From Sminthopsis crassicaudata (Eukaryota), in the NCBI RefSeq assembly GCF_048593235.1, contig NC_133617.1:71508937-71572936 (forward strand): a stretch of DNA of 64,000 bases, read 5' to 3'. Positions 54,901 to 64,000 of the stretch are shown in pieces. The notes under the pieces were generated by a model. The model was not told the DNA's origin. It did not search any database and worked only from the letters and a program-made list of their open reading frames with translations. The first letter of the stretch is position 1. Each line of letters starts with the position of its first letter. The translations under genes were made by a program, and so were the position numbers.

Positions 54901-55592
54901 CAGGACAAAGTACCAGGTGTAGTTCTCCGAGCCTTACAGAAGCTGCACCTCGAGCAGCCACAGCCCCGTGACTATCAGCTGTTCCAGGTCCTGCCTGGGG
55001 ACCGGGGTGAGTAGGTGCCTCAGGGCTCGGGATGGAGGCTGGGGGCTGGGGGTGGGGCAGGGGCTCCAGCCCTGCCAGGGGGGCTTCCGGCAGAATCCAA
55101 GCCAGTGTCCCCTTTCCCAGCAACCCTCTGAGGAGGCAGAGGCCCTGCCTTGCCCTGCCCTCCTCCGGAGTCTCTCACATTCTAGGACAAACAATTCCAG
55201 CACAAAGCTACTTCCCACTGGGGGGAGGGAGTTAGTGCCAGTCTCTAAGTCACTAGTGCAGAGGGGGGTCTGTGCCCCAGACACCCAGAGACCCCCTTTT
55301 AGGAGCTTGCTCAGATGATGGCCCCCCTCTCGGTTCATCCTCTGTCAAATAAGAGCTCTGTGTCTATGATCTTCAGACCCCACTTCCCTGTTACATAAGT
55401 AAAAAATAGTACAGGGAGGAAGGAAAGGCCGCAGAATAAGCACACCGGCTCGATGCAACTTGATCCCATGTGGGCCTTCCACCCGCAGAGCTCCTGATCC
55501 CAGACAACGCCAACGTGTTCTATGCCATGAGCCCAGCCAGTCCCGGGGATTTCGTGCTGCGCAGGAAGGAGGGAGCGCGTTCCCCACCCTGA
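45241..55592 (+). CDS. RGL3: Ral guanine nucleotide dissociation stimulator-like 3 (REM, CDC25-type RasGEF and RA domains), 718 aa
   Basis: join(45241-45273,45391-45510,45788-46008,46346-46405,46641-46894,48082-48197,50365-50580,50679-50782,51201-51285,51953-52009,52159-52245,52561-52593,52707-52828,53864-53959,54062-54130,54226-54322,54576-54743,54892-55006,55489-55592) = 2157 nt, all [15 protein letters not shown]; [12 protein letters not shown]...FLATHRAF; [68 protein letters not shown]; RA VIRVSID...LYRSILLTSQDK...DNANVFYAM. The exon 3 acceptor, exon 4 and the exon 5 donor are the least certain boundaries. Confidence 0.92.
45503..45648 (+). repeat. 36-37 bp minisatellite (4 units) spanning the RGL3 exon-2 donor
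   Basis: GGGGCCAGGTGAGGACCC is identical at 45503, 45575 and 45612; degenerate unit at 45539; units 3 and 4 match at 34/37. Confidence 0.9.
47507..47710 (-). mobile_element. MAR1-type marsupial SINE
   Basis: GTTGTTTCAGTTATGTGCGACTCTGTGATCCCATTTGAGGTTTTCTTAGGAAAGAT (reverse Bov-B-like tail) plus GGGGTTAAATGAGTTGCCCAG...GTGTCTGAG core. Confidence 0.7.
49480..49990 (+). mobile_element. L3/CR1 LINE 3' fragment with an intervening MIR-like piece
   Basis: CCAGAGGGCAAGTACTAAGAGCAATAGGTGG...CCTAACAATTGGAGCTGTCCCCAAGTGTAATGGGCTGCCTC...CTAGGTGACCCCTGAGGT is typical of the L3 3' end. Confidence 0.65.
51469..51515 (+). pseudogene. Possible decayed 5' half of tRNA-Ala(AGC)
   Basis: GGAGGCATAGCTCAGGGCGGTAGACACATGCTTAG(TTAG)CAGTGCAC vs tRNA-Ala GGGGGTRTAGCTCAGYGGTAGAGCGCGTGCTTAGCATGCAC; the CGCG->CACA change fits CpG decay. 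No T-arm or B-box. An L2 3'-end origin is an alternative reading. Confidence 0.35.
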
Positions 55593-56050
55593 TGGGGGGG
55601 ATGGCCAGGCTTGGACCTTTCCGAGGCTGAGAGCGAGCCTGGGCCATCCCGAGGGGGCGTCTGGCTGACCTAAAGCCCAACATGATCTCGGTGTCCCGCA
55701 CCTTTGTCTCCGTGTCCTCTCTTGGGAACTACAGGACGAGTGGAGGGGCAGGGGTTGGCGGGACGTGTGGGCCCTCGATCTGGCCACTAGATGGCAGGGT
55801 GTCTGGGGGTGGGCGCCATGGGACTAGTGCACATTGGGACCCAGACCTCATTTTGGGGTGGGAAGGGCAGGGGTCTTATCTGGGATTGTCCAGCATCCAT
55901 TTTTGAGGGGGGTTTTTTCTGCTTTCATCTTCTTTATGACCCATTAGGTCCACAGATCCCTTCTAATCCCAGTCCCTTGCAGAAAAAGACAAGATTGGGG
56001 TTGGTTTAGAAAATCAGCCAGAGGAGACAGGATTAGAAGTCAGAAGCTGA

Positions 56051-56154
56051 GGGGGAGCTAGGTGGTGCAGAAGGACCTGCATTCAAATCTTTATCTCACA
56101 CTTAACACTTCTGAGTTGTGTGACCCTGGACAAGTCACTTAACCCCAATTGTCT

Positions 56155-56186
<32 letters not shown>

Positions 56187-56199
56187 GAAGAAGAAGAAG
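56051..56199 (+). mobile_element. WSINE1-type SINE, internally deleted, with A28(GAA)n tail and candidate 9-bp TSD
   Basis: GGGGGAGCTAGGTGGTGCAG...ACACTTAACACTT...GTGTGACCCTGGACAAGTCACTTAACCCCAATTGTCTCAGC-A28; CAGAAGCTG at 56041-56049 and 56204-56212. Confidence 0.75.
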
Positions 56200-57030
56200 C
56201 CGCCAGAAGCTGCCTTCCAGCCTGACCCAGGAGCCCGGCTCCAGAGTTCTGTCCCCAGAGAGGAGACAAAGGTTCCCACTGCAAAGAGCTTCGGGGGCAG
56301 TGTGTCCCTGAGCAAGAATGTATTTTATAATGTTCCTAAAATGTGCTCAGCCTTGCCTGGGAGCCCTCCCACCCCAACTCCTCCTTCAAAGCCTCTGTTT
56401 TTTGTTCTTGATCTAATTTGGGGCTATTTTTCTTTACATTAATTTAAAATCTGCCTTCCTGAACCTTCTGTCATTCCAAAATTTGCCTTATGGGGCCAAG
56501 CAGAGCATGTCTAACCTTGCCATGTGCCAGCCTTTTAGTCAAAATGAAGTATGTGGTGATCATGTGCCTCCTAAATTTTCTCTTCTGTAGGATAAACCTC
56601 CCCAGTTCCTTCACATACCTCCTGGACCCATCCCCCAGTCACCCTCCAGGGTGCCCTTGTGACCTTGGCAGTGGCTTTTTTCCCCTAGAATTGAAAAATC
56701 CAAATGCTGTAGTAGCAGTGCCCCTGGCTTTCACATCTTGACTCTTCTCTTGGACAAACACCTCAGTTCCCTCATTTATGAAATGTGGGTGTAGGTAATT
56801 TCCCACGTGTCTGCCAGCTCCAAATCTACAACCCTATGGGTGACCCAGAACTGAAAGCAGCACTCCCCATGGGAGCTGTCTGGAGCCTTTGATTAAGGGG
56901 CTATTTACTGGTTTTACAAAAGTTCTAAATCTCATACCGCAGTTGTTCTCCATTCCAACTCACCACACCATCCTCTAAACCAATGGACCCAGCACCAATT
57001 TGATCCACCTTTTCCACAATTTTTTCCCCT

Positions 57031-57290
57031 GAATCTCCTTGTCTCACTCAGGCTATGTTTACAGTAGCTACACATGGCCAGATTCCCCTGCAGTGATGGG
57101 TAAAGCAGCTTTGACCTACTTTTATTTGTGACCTGAGCCAGAACTCCGGGCAGCTGGGTGCCAACAACACCTCCTGACACATAACACATGCTTCCGGGCT
57201 CACCATACTAGCAATGAGGACTGATACAGGTTGGCTTTAGTCCACCAGAGCTCCCTAGCTCAAGCAATCCACCAGTCTTAGGTTTCCTAC
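57031..57290 (-). pseudogene. Decayed 7SL (SRP RNA)-derived retrocopy or SINE
   Basis: Reverse complement of 57245-57280, TAAGACTGGTGGATTGCTTGAGCTAGGGAGCTCTGG, matches 7SL TGAGGCTGGAGGATCGCTTGAGTCCAGGAGTTCTGG at 27/36 ungapped. Collinear blocks TATGGTGAGCCCGGAAG, GGCTCAGGTC...AGTAGGTCAAAGCT and TAGCTACTGTA...AGCCTGAG follow in 7SL order. Confidence 0.75.
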
Positions 57291-59299
57291 CTTCCGAAGC
57301 CTGAGTGATCTACCCGCCATCTCCCTAGCCATGCCATGAAGCAGAATGGGATGTCCATTACTGGGGATATCCAGATCACTGCGATCATCCAGGGCTCTGG
57401 ATCCATTCTCCCTGCTCTTGAGGCCCATCCGGAGTCAAATTCCAACATTAAGGGTCTGTCTGGGAGTCTGTGATACAAAGACAGATGATACAAAGTAGCA
57501 TAGACCACACGCTCTCAAAAAACTTACAATCTAACGGAGGGAAGAACAGTAACTAAGCATAGGAAGGAAATAAAGTGCCCGATACATTGTGGACAGTGGG
57601 AAGGGCGTGGAAATCAGCAGAGGCCTAACTCAAAACTTAACCTGTAATATCAAAAGACTAGCTTTAAGTTCTTTAAGCCTCTCATTGGTAAAATGAGAAT
57701 ATTTGTACAGCTAGAAGCCATGTGGTTCAATGGATAGCGCCTCAGCTGTGCAGCCAGGAAGATCTGGCTTCAAGGCTGGCTTCTTGATCCTTGCCAGCTG
57801 AGTGACTCTGAGGAAGTTCCTTAACCTCCCTCTCAGTGCCCACCGCAGAAAAAAATGCTAACATGCAACAATAGATGCATTCCTCATACCCCAAAACTCA
57901 TGGGGATCAATTCCTATTCTACTTACTCCAAGAAGTGGTCATAGGAAAGTACAATCTTTAAATATAAATTTGTCATGAGATATTGGAGGGAGAGATTATT
58001 GGAAGAGAGAAGAGAACTGTGGAGGAGTTGGCATTTGGGCTTGGTTTTGAAGGAAGAGAAGAGAACTGATGTGGGAAGCTCCTTCCTGGTAAGGGACAGC
58101 TGGGTAAGTACAGCAGGCAGAACACCCAGCCTGAACTCAGGGAGACCCGAGTCAAATCTAGTTTCTAATCTTTTACTAGCTGAGAAAATCGCCTCCATTT
58201 CCTCATTGTAAATTGGGGATCTTAAGAGTACCTACCTCAGGGCAAGTCCAAACGAGATAATTGTAAAGTGCCCATCACCTTGCCTGCCATCTAGTAAGCC
58301 CTATAGAAATGTGAACTAGGACAATTCATTTTGGCTGAGTGAAAGGGAGGAATGTGCAACAGGGCTGGAAAGGGAGGATAAAGCAAAGTAATTGAATATC
58401 AGGACGGGGAACTTGTACTTTATTTAGGAGGAAATGAAGTAGAAACAAGACAGTCACAGAAATTAAGGGGTACAGTGGAAAGAATGCCAGGCCTGGAGTC
58501 AGGAAGACCACCTGATACTTTTGCTCCAGATATGATATAACCCTGAGCAAGGCACCTTCCTTTTGTCTCAGTGCATTTCTCGTTTCACAGATGAAAAGTC
58601 TTGTGCTTCTCTCTTCCCTCTCCAACCATTCACTACCCAAGTAACTTCTGACTTCAGGATAGGTAGCACATAGCACTTTAAGGTTTGCAAATCACTTTCC
58701 AAATATCTCACTTTATCTTCACAACCATCCTAAAAGATAGGTGCTACTGAGGGAAGAGAGAGGCAGCCACTTCAATAATAAAGACCTGAACCTCATAGGG
58801 CAGAGGCTGCAGGAGCTGAGAGATTATCACAACTATAGGGACAGCAGGACTCATGGAAGGGGAAGGAGATGAGGGAGAACACTAGTTCCCATATCTATAG
58901 GATTTTGCAGTTTGGACAATGCTTTCCTCACCAAGGTAGGCAGCAAAGCATTGTTCTGCCTTTTTAAAAAAAATTTAATAGCCAAGGAAACTTGAGTTTA
59001 ATACTACTTGCCCAAAGCCACACCCACACTGGTACTAAGTGGCAGTGGGATTGAAACTCCATCTGCTGCCTCCAGATTCAAGGTTCTTTCCACCACCCCA
59101 CCCCCCATTTAGTACTCTTAATACTTCCTGTCAAAAATCAATAATGCTTATTTTTAAATGGGCAAGGAGAGGATAACAGAGTATGTGTTCCTCAAACTCC
59201 ACTCTTGGAGGGCTCCTTTATACTATGGTGTCCAGGAGGCTCACAGCTTGCCCCCGCCTCTGAACAACTGGGAGAGGTGAAAGACATCATTAAATCAGA

Positions 59300-59910
59300 G
59301 GCGCCGTCTTCAGGTTTTGGAAGGTGATGATAGTCCTTTGTACTGGGATCAGGTCTGGTTGCACCATTTGGGGAATAATACTAAGTTGGAGTCCATTCCA
59401 GGGAAGTGAAAAGTTTAAGATCACATGGGATAAGTACCTTTTGAAGGAACTGAGTCTGAGTGCTCTGTAGTAAAAGAAGTTGCAGGGAAGATACAACTAT
59501 CTTCAAGCATCTGAACTCTCAGGTAGAAGAAGGATTACATTTGTCCTACTTTGTGAAAGAATCCAACCATTCTGGAGAGCAATCTGGAATTATGCCCAAA
59601 AAGTTATCAAACTGTTCATACCCTTTGACTCAGCAGTACTACTACTGGGCTTATATCCCAAGGAAATACTAAAGGGAAAGGGACCTGTATGTGCCAAAAT
59701 GTTTGTGTCAGCCCTTTTTGTAGAGGCTCCAAAAGGCAGAATTAGGAAAGGGGAGGGAATTGCTGCAGCATAGATTTAAGCTTAATGTAAAGAAAGGCTT
59801 TCTAATAATTAGCAATGTACTACTTCAAAGAGAAATGGATTACTGCAGGAAGCAATGGCTAGCCTCATTAGTGATCTTCCAACAAAGGATGGATGACCTC
59901 TTGTGGGACA
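59300..59910 (+). mobile_element. L3/CR1 3' fragment interrupted by an L1 ORF2-end fragment (about 59552-59727)
   Basis: L3-like flanks GAAGGATTACATTTGTCC | GCTCCAAAAGGCAGAATTAGG surround ATCCAACCATTCTGGAGAGCAATCTGGAATTATGCCCAAAAAG...CATACCCTTTGACTCAGCAGTACTACTACTGGG (L1). Confidence 0.6.
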
Positions 59911-59939
59911 TGTGAGTCCAGCTAGGTGTTAGGTTAGAT

Positions 59940-60135
59940 GGTCAAGCTCTCCCACTGCATCTAGGGCCATCTCCAGTCATCCTGATCTGTATCTTACAGT
60001 GGACCCAGATGGCTCTGGAAGAGAGAGGGAGGCTGATGACTTTGCACAGCCCCCTCTCACTTAAATCCACTCTCTGGAACATCATGGCATCACATACTGC
60101 ATGTCACAGACCTCTTGGAGAACAAAGGACAACTG
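59940..60135. mobile_element. Marsupial SINE fragment (Mar3/WallSI-like, RTE-associated)
   Basis: GGCCATCTCCAGTCATCCTGATCTG...GGACCCAGATGGCTCTGG...GACTTTGCACAGCCC...CACTTAAATCCA...GAGAACAAAGGACAAC, recalled as a common marsupial repeat; exact family uncertain. Confidence 0.5.
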
Positions 60136-60399
60136 ATTAGATGGCTTCTGATTCCCTTTCCAGCTCAGGTTCCCTGATTCTGGCCAGCTGGGGATAATTG
60201 CTTGAGCTGCTCTTGGTGCTCCAATCTACTTGGCTGTGAATACAGAAGGAGGGAGGCCTCAATTAGGCTGTAGATCATAGCGATCCCCACTTGGGGGGAA
60301 GGGTGGGATATATACCCTCCTGAACTAGGCTAGTAGAAAGCATAGCATCTTCTATTCTAGGGAGGTCCATGATTTCTACATTCTTCCATAGGAGGGTCA

Positions 60400-61030
60400 T
60401 GTTCTCCCACTAGAACTGGAATTTAAATGAGGTGAATATGAATAGTACTGTTGGATAAATTCAGAGCTATTGTCTGGATAAACCCATAGAGTAGTTATTA
60501 GTGGTACATCTCAACTTGTCTCACTGAAGTACCCCAGGAAGCTGTATTTGACCCTGGCCTGTTTAATTACTAGCTTAGATAAAGCAGTGGGTGGCAAATT
60601 TTTCTAATTTACAGATGACACAAATCTTGGAAAGATAGCTAATACACCAGATGATAGAATCAGAATCCAAAAAGATCCTGACTGACTAGAACACTGGGCT
60701 GAATAAGGTGAAATTTAATGGAGAATAAATATTAGAATAAACAAGCATCCTATAAGTTAAAAAAAAAAAAGAATTCACGGTTGGACAATTTGTATGAAAA
60801 ATATCTGATGATCTTAGTAGACTGCAAGCCCAATAGAAATCTCTATGAGGAGACAGCATAAAAGAGCACTTCAGTGTTGGATTCCATTGAGAGATTAAGA
60901 CTTGCATTAAAAAGGCAATCATGGGACTTCTGCCCCAGAATGAATATATCTCATATTCAATTCTGTGCACCATATTATAGAAAAGACCCAAGATGGAAAG
61001 CATCCACAGGAAGGTAACCATAGCTTCCAT
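60400..61030 (+). mobile_element. L3/CR1 reverse-transcriptase fragment (degraded)
   Basis: GTACCCCAGG...ACAGATGACACAAATCTTGG...AGAATCAGAATCCAAAAAGATCCTGAC...CACTGGGC is the CR1 ADDTKL...RIQKDL...W region, with stops and frameshifts. Confidence 0.65.
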
Positions 61031-62699
61031 CAATTGTTCATTGAAAACCCATTTATGTAGAGCTTGATTGCTGGCAAACTCTGGTGTGAGCTCTCCCTCT
61101 GTGGTTCCCGCTTTTAACCTTTTAAAGCTCCTAAGTACATGACTGTCTCTACTATACCCTCACCTGTTTTTTTCAGGAAAGAATAGAGAGGAAAAATGTC
61201 TGTCATGCTCATAACCATGTATTGACCTGGGTGTGGTAAGTAGGCTGCCGATACTACTTCTCTTGCTCTCCACAGAGGCTTACCAGAAGTCTTTACTTTA
61301 ACCCCTGCCAGAAAGAAATCATTTTGATTTATTAGTGTATTTTGTTCTAATTCTCATTTCTTGCCAAGGAGCTAATAAAATTTTTCTCACCATCTAGTAA
61401 GGGAACAACAGTAAATAGACAGGAAATACCCATATGTACCCTGAAGCAGAGAATTGGGCCCCTTCATTCCACATTATCACTAACTTACAGAAACAGGCTC
61501 ACAACATCAACCTGAGAAATTGCATCAGACAGAGGAGGTTGCTCTTGGGCCCAAGGACTGGGCTGCTAATAGCAGTCTTTTACATGTGAAAACAAACTTT
61601 CCTAACCATTAGAGCTATTTAAAAGTGAATGGGTCCAAAGCCATTATCTAATAGATAAATATTCAAGGGATACAAATAATTTTCAAAATAATTGCCAACT
61701 ATTAGCAAACCCTGTAAAAGTATCTTGTGATTCACTAATATGAGAAATGCAAATTAAAGCAATCCAGAGATTTCACCTCTCACCCTCAGAAGAGGTGCCA
61801 AAAGAGGAGTTCACTCAGCCCTGGGTGATTGGAAAGCAAATTGGAATTAATGCAAATAAAATCATTTAAATAGCACAACTCAAAGTGAATTCACTTTCAA
61901 TTTGTATCTCACAGACCAAGATGGGAAAAGAAGATGGGCTCACAATTTCAGAAGCTTTTGTTTTTGCTTCATCTATAAGCAAACATCTATTGGTAATCAG
62001 CGATACTGAATTCTGAATACTAAGTTGATCCTCCTTTACCTTTATGCCCTCTGACCTGTGGAGGTAGGGGAAAGCATACACAGACAGGTAAACACTCATA
62101 GAAGTGAATTTGAGAAGTGTATACAAAGTAAGAACTGCATGTGCTTCGAAGGCAAGCGTTATTACCAACCGGGGTGAATGGGGGAAGTCTTCATGGGAAT
62201 TGTATCTGAATTGGGCTAAAAATTCAAAATGTTAAAAGAGGAAGAACATTCCATGCAGAAAGACGCAGCCAATAGAAAGAATATAAAGGATAGTCCAATT
62301 TGATTGGAAGGAAAACTATGACATGAAGTTGGAAAGGAAGGGCAGAAATTAGAATGTGTAGAGCCTTGAATGCCATTTTTGTTATATTGAGCAAAGTAAC
62401 ATGATCAGCTCTATGCCTAAGGACTTCTGCTATTGGTATAAAGAATTGGAGGAAAAGAGAGAAGGTAGGAAGGAAGTAGTGATGTCAGAGGGGACCAGGT
62501 TGAGGGGAAGATAATTAGTAGTTTGGGACATGTTGAGTTTGAGGTTACTCAGGGATCAGTCAAGGAAGATGATATGTGAGCCACTGGCTGAGGTTTAGAA
62601 CACAGAAAAGTCAGAAAGGAGAGAGAGAATTATTTAGAGATATCTGAAACATTAAGTGAAATGGTTGCATCATATCAATGAGATGGGCTATGTTAGCAG

Positions 62700-63460
62700 A
62701 AAAAAATAACATGTTGGGGGGATGTGGAAAAAAGTGAGACACTAATGTGCTGTTAGTGGAGTTATGAACTGATCCAACCATTCTGGAGAGTAATTTAGAA
62801 CTATTTATATAGCTATATTCATCACTAATAGGTCCAATCTCAAAGAAGTTGAAAACAAAGGAAAAGGATCAATTTATACAATAATATTAAAGTAACTCTT
62901 TTGATGGTGGCCAAAAATTGGAAATTGAGAAGGTATCCATTAATTAAGGAATGGCTGAACAAATTGTGATAAGATTGTGATGGAATACTATGGTATTATA
63001 AAAAATTGACAAGCAGGATGTTTTAAGAAAAACCTGAAAAGACTTATATGAACTGATGTCAAAGTGAAGGAAGCAGTACCAGGAGAATATTATATAGAGT
63101 AATTATATAGAATACTATTATATGATGATATAAGTGATTATCCATTCTCAGAAATACAATGATCCTAGACAATTCCAAAGGAATGTTGAAAAATGCTATC
63201 TACTTTTAAAGAAAAAAATTGATGGAAGCTGATTACAGATCAAAGCATATTTTTTAATGTGTGTGTGTGTAATATCTGGGGGTTTTCTCACAACTTGACT
63301 CATATGGAAATGGAAAGGATTTTGCATGATTGCATCTGTATACTATATATAAAATTGCTTGCCTTCTTAGGGACAAAGGAAGGGAAAGAGGATAAGAATT
63401 TGGAACCCAACATTTGAAAAAAAAATTAGAAATTAATGTATTTTAATTTGTTTAAAAATA
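62700..63460 (+). mobile_element. Marsupial L1 3' end
   Basis: TGTTAGTGGAGTTATGAACTGATCCAACCATTCTGGAGAG...AAAAATTGGAAATTGAGAAGGTATCCATT...GACTTATATGAACTGATG; A-rich end near 63455. Confidence 0.7.
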
Positions 63461-63585
63461 AAAGAATATGATGCCTAAGGGAGAAATATGAGAGTCAAGG
63501 CAGAAAATACCTGGCATAAGAGGTCAGAAAGTAGATAAAGAGACAAAAGGAGTGGTTAGATGTTGTATATCTAAAGTTAGGTAAA

Positions 63586-63815
63586 GGCAGCTAAGTGCTA
63601 TAGTGGATAGAACACTGGGCCTGATGCCAGGAAAATCTGAATTCAACTCTAACCTCAAGACACGATGATTGTGGGCAAGTAATTTGACCCTGTTTGCTTC
63701 AGTTTCTTCATCTGTAAAATAAGTTGGAAAAGGAATGTCAAACCATTCCAGTATCTTTGCCAAGAAAACTCAAATGGAACCATAGAAAGTTTCACAAGAC
63801 TAAATGACTGAACAG
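63586..63815 (+). mobile_element. MAR1-type marsupial SINE
   Basis: tRNA-like head GGCAGCTAAGTGCTATAGTGGATAGAACACTGGGCCTG, CORE CAGTTTCTTCATCTGTAAAAT, Bov-B-like tail AAACCATTCCAGTATCTTTGCCAAGAAAAC...GACTAAATGACTGAACA. Confidence 0.75.
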
Positions 63816-64000
63816 GAAGAGAGATAGGAGGAGAAACAGAAGAGTTGTGTTTCTGGATCCAAAATAGAAGAGTGTATTGAGAAGGAAAAGATTAACCACA
63901 CAAGGTCAAATACTGCAGGAAAGTCCAGAAAGATGAAGACTGGGAAAAGGTCCTTGGATTTTGATGAGTAGAGTTACTGCTGACCTTAGGGAGAGTAATT

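Noticed and set aside
57600-64000. EPOR or another gene downstream of RGL3
   Set aside because: Mostly L2/L3/L1/SINE remnants; ORFs are repeat-derived and no cytokine-receptor exon was recognised.

Overview
This is vertebrate genomic DNA, almost certainly from a marsupial. It carries MAR1- and WSINE1-type SINEs on an MIR/L2/L3/L1 background, and WSINE1 points to an Australidelphian species. Gene order matches human 19p13.2. Four complete spliced genes can be rebuilt with GT-AG introns and intact reading frames: ELAVL3/HuC (+, 7 coding exons, 367 aa), PRKCSH/glucosidase II beta (-, 16 coding exons, 534 aa, C-terminal HDEL), ODAD3/CCDC151 (+, 13 exons, 576 aa) and RGL3 (+, 19 exons, 718 aa). 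PRKCSH and ODAD3 share a bidirectional CpG-island promoter, ELAVL3 and PRKCSH converge at their 3' ends, and 56-64 kb is mostly old repeats. There is a 137-N assembly gap in the ELAVL3 3'UTR. I found no new protein-coding system, CRISPR array or intact tRNA/rRNA gene; most ORFs in the supplied track are GC-rich or low-complexity artefacts. The best leads are regulatory or splicing-related: (1) a 36-37 bp minisatellite that triplicates the RGL3 exon-2 splice donor, predicting normal, +24 aa and NMD isoforms; (2) a UG-tract, candidate cassette exon and candidate poison exon in ELAVL3 intron 3; (3) a near-consensus RE1/NRSE about 2 kb upstream of ELAVL3; (4) paired RFX X-boxes, inverted YY1 sites and a 30-bp-periodic CCAAT array in the PRKCSH/ODAD3 promoter; (5) a decayed 7SL copy and a possible tRNA-Ala 5'-half retrocopy. 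All comparisons with human proteins, repeat consensus sequences and motifs are from memory and need confirming by alignment.
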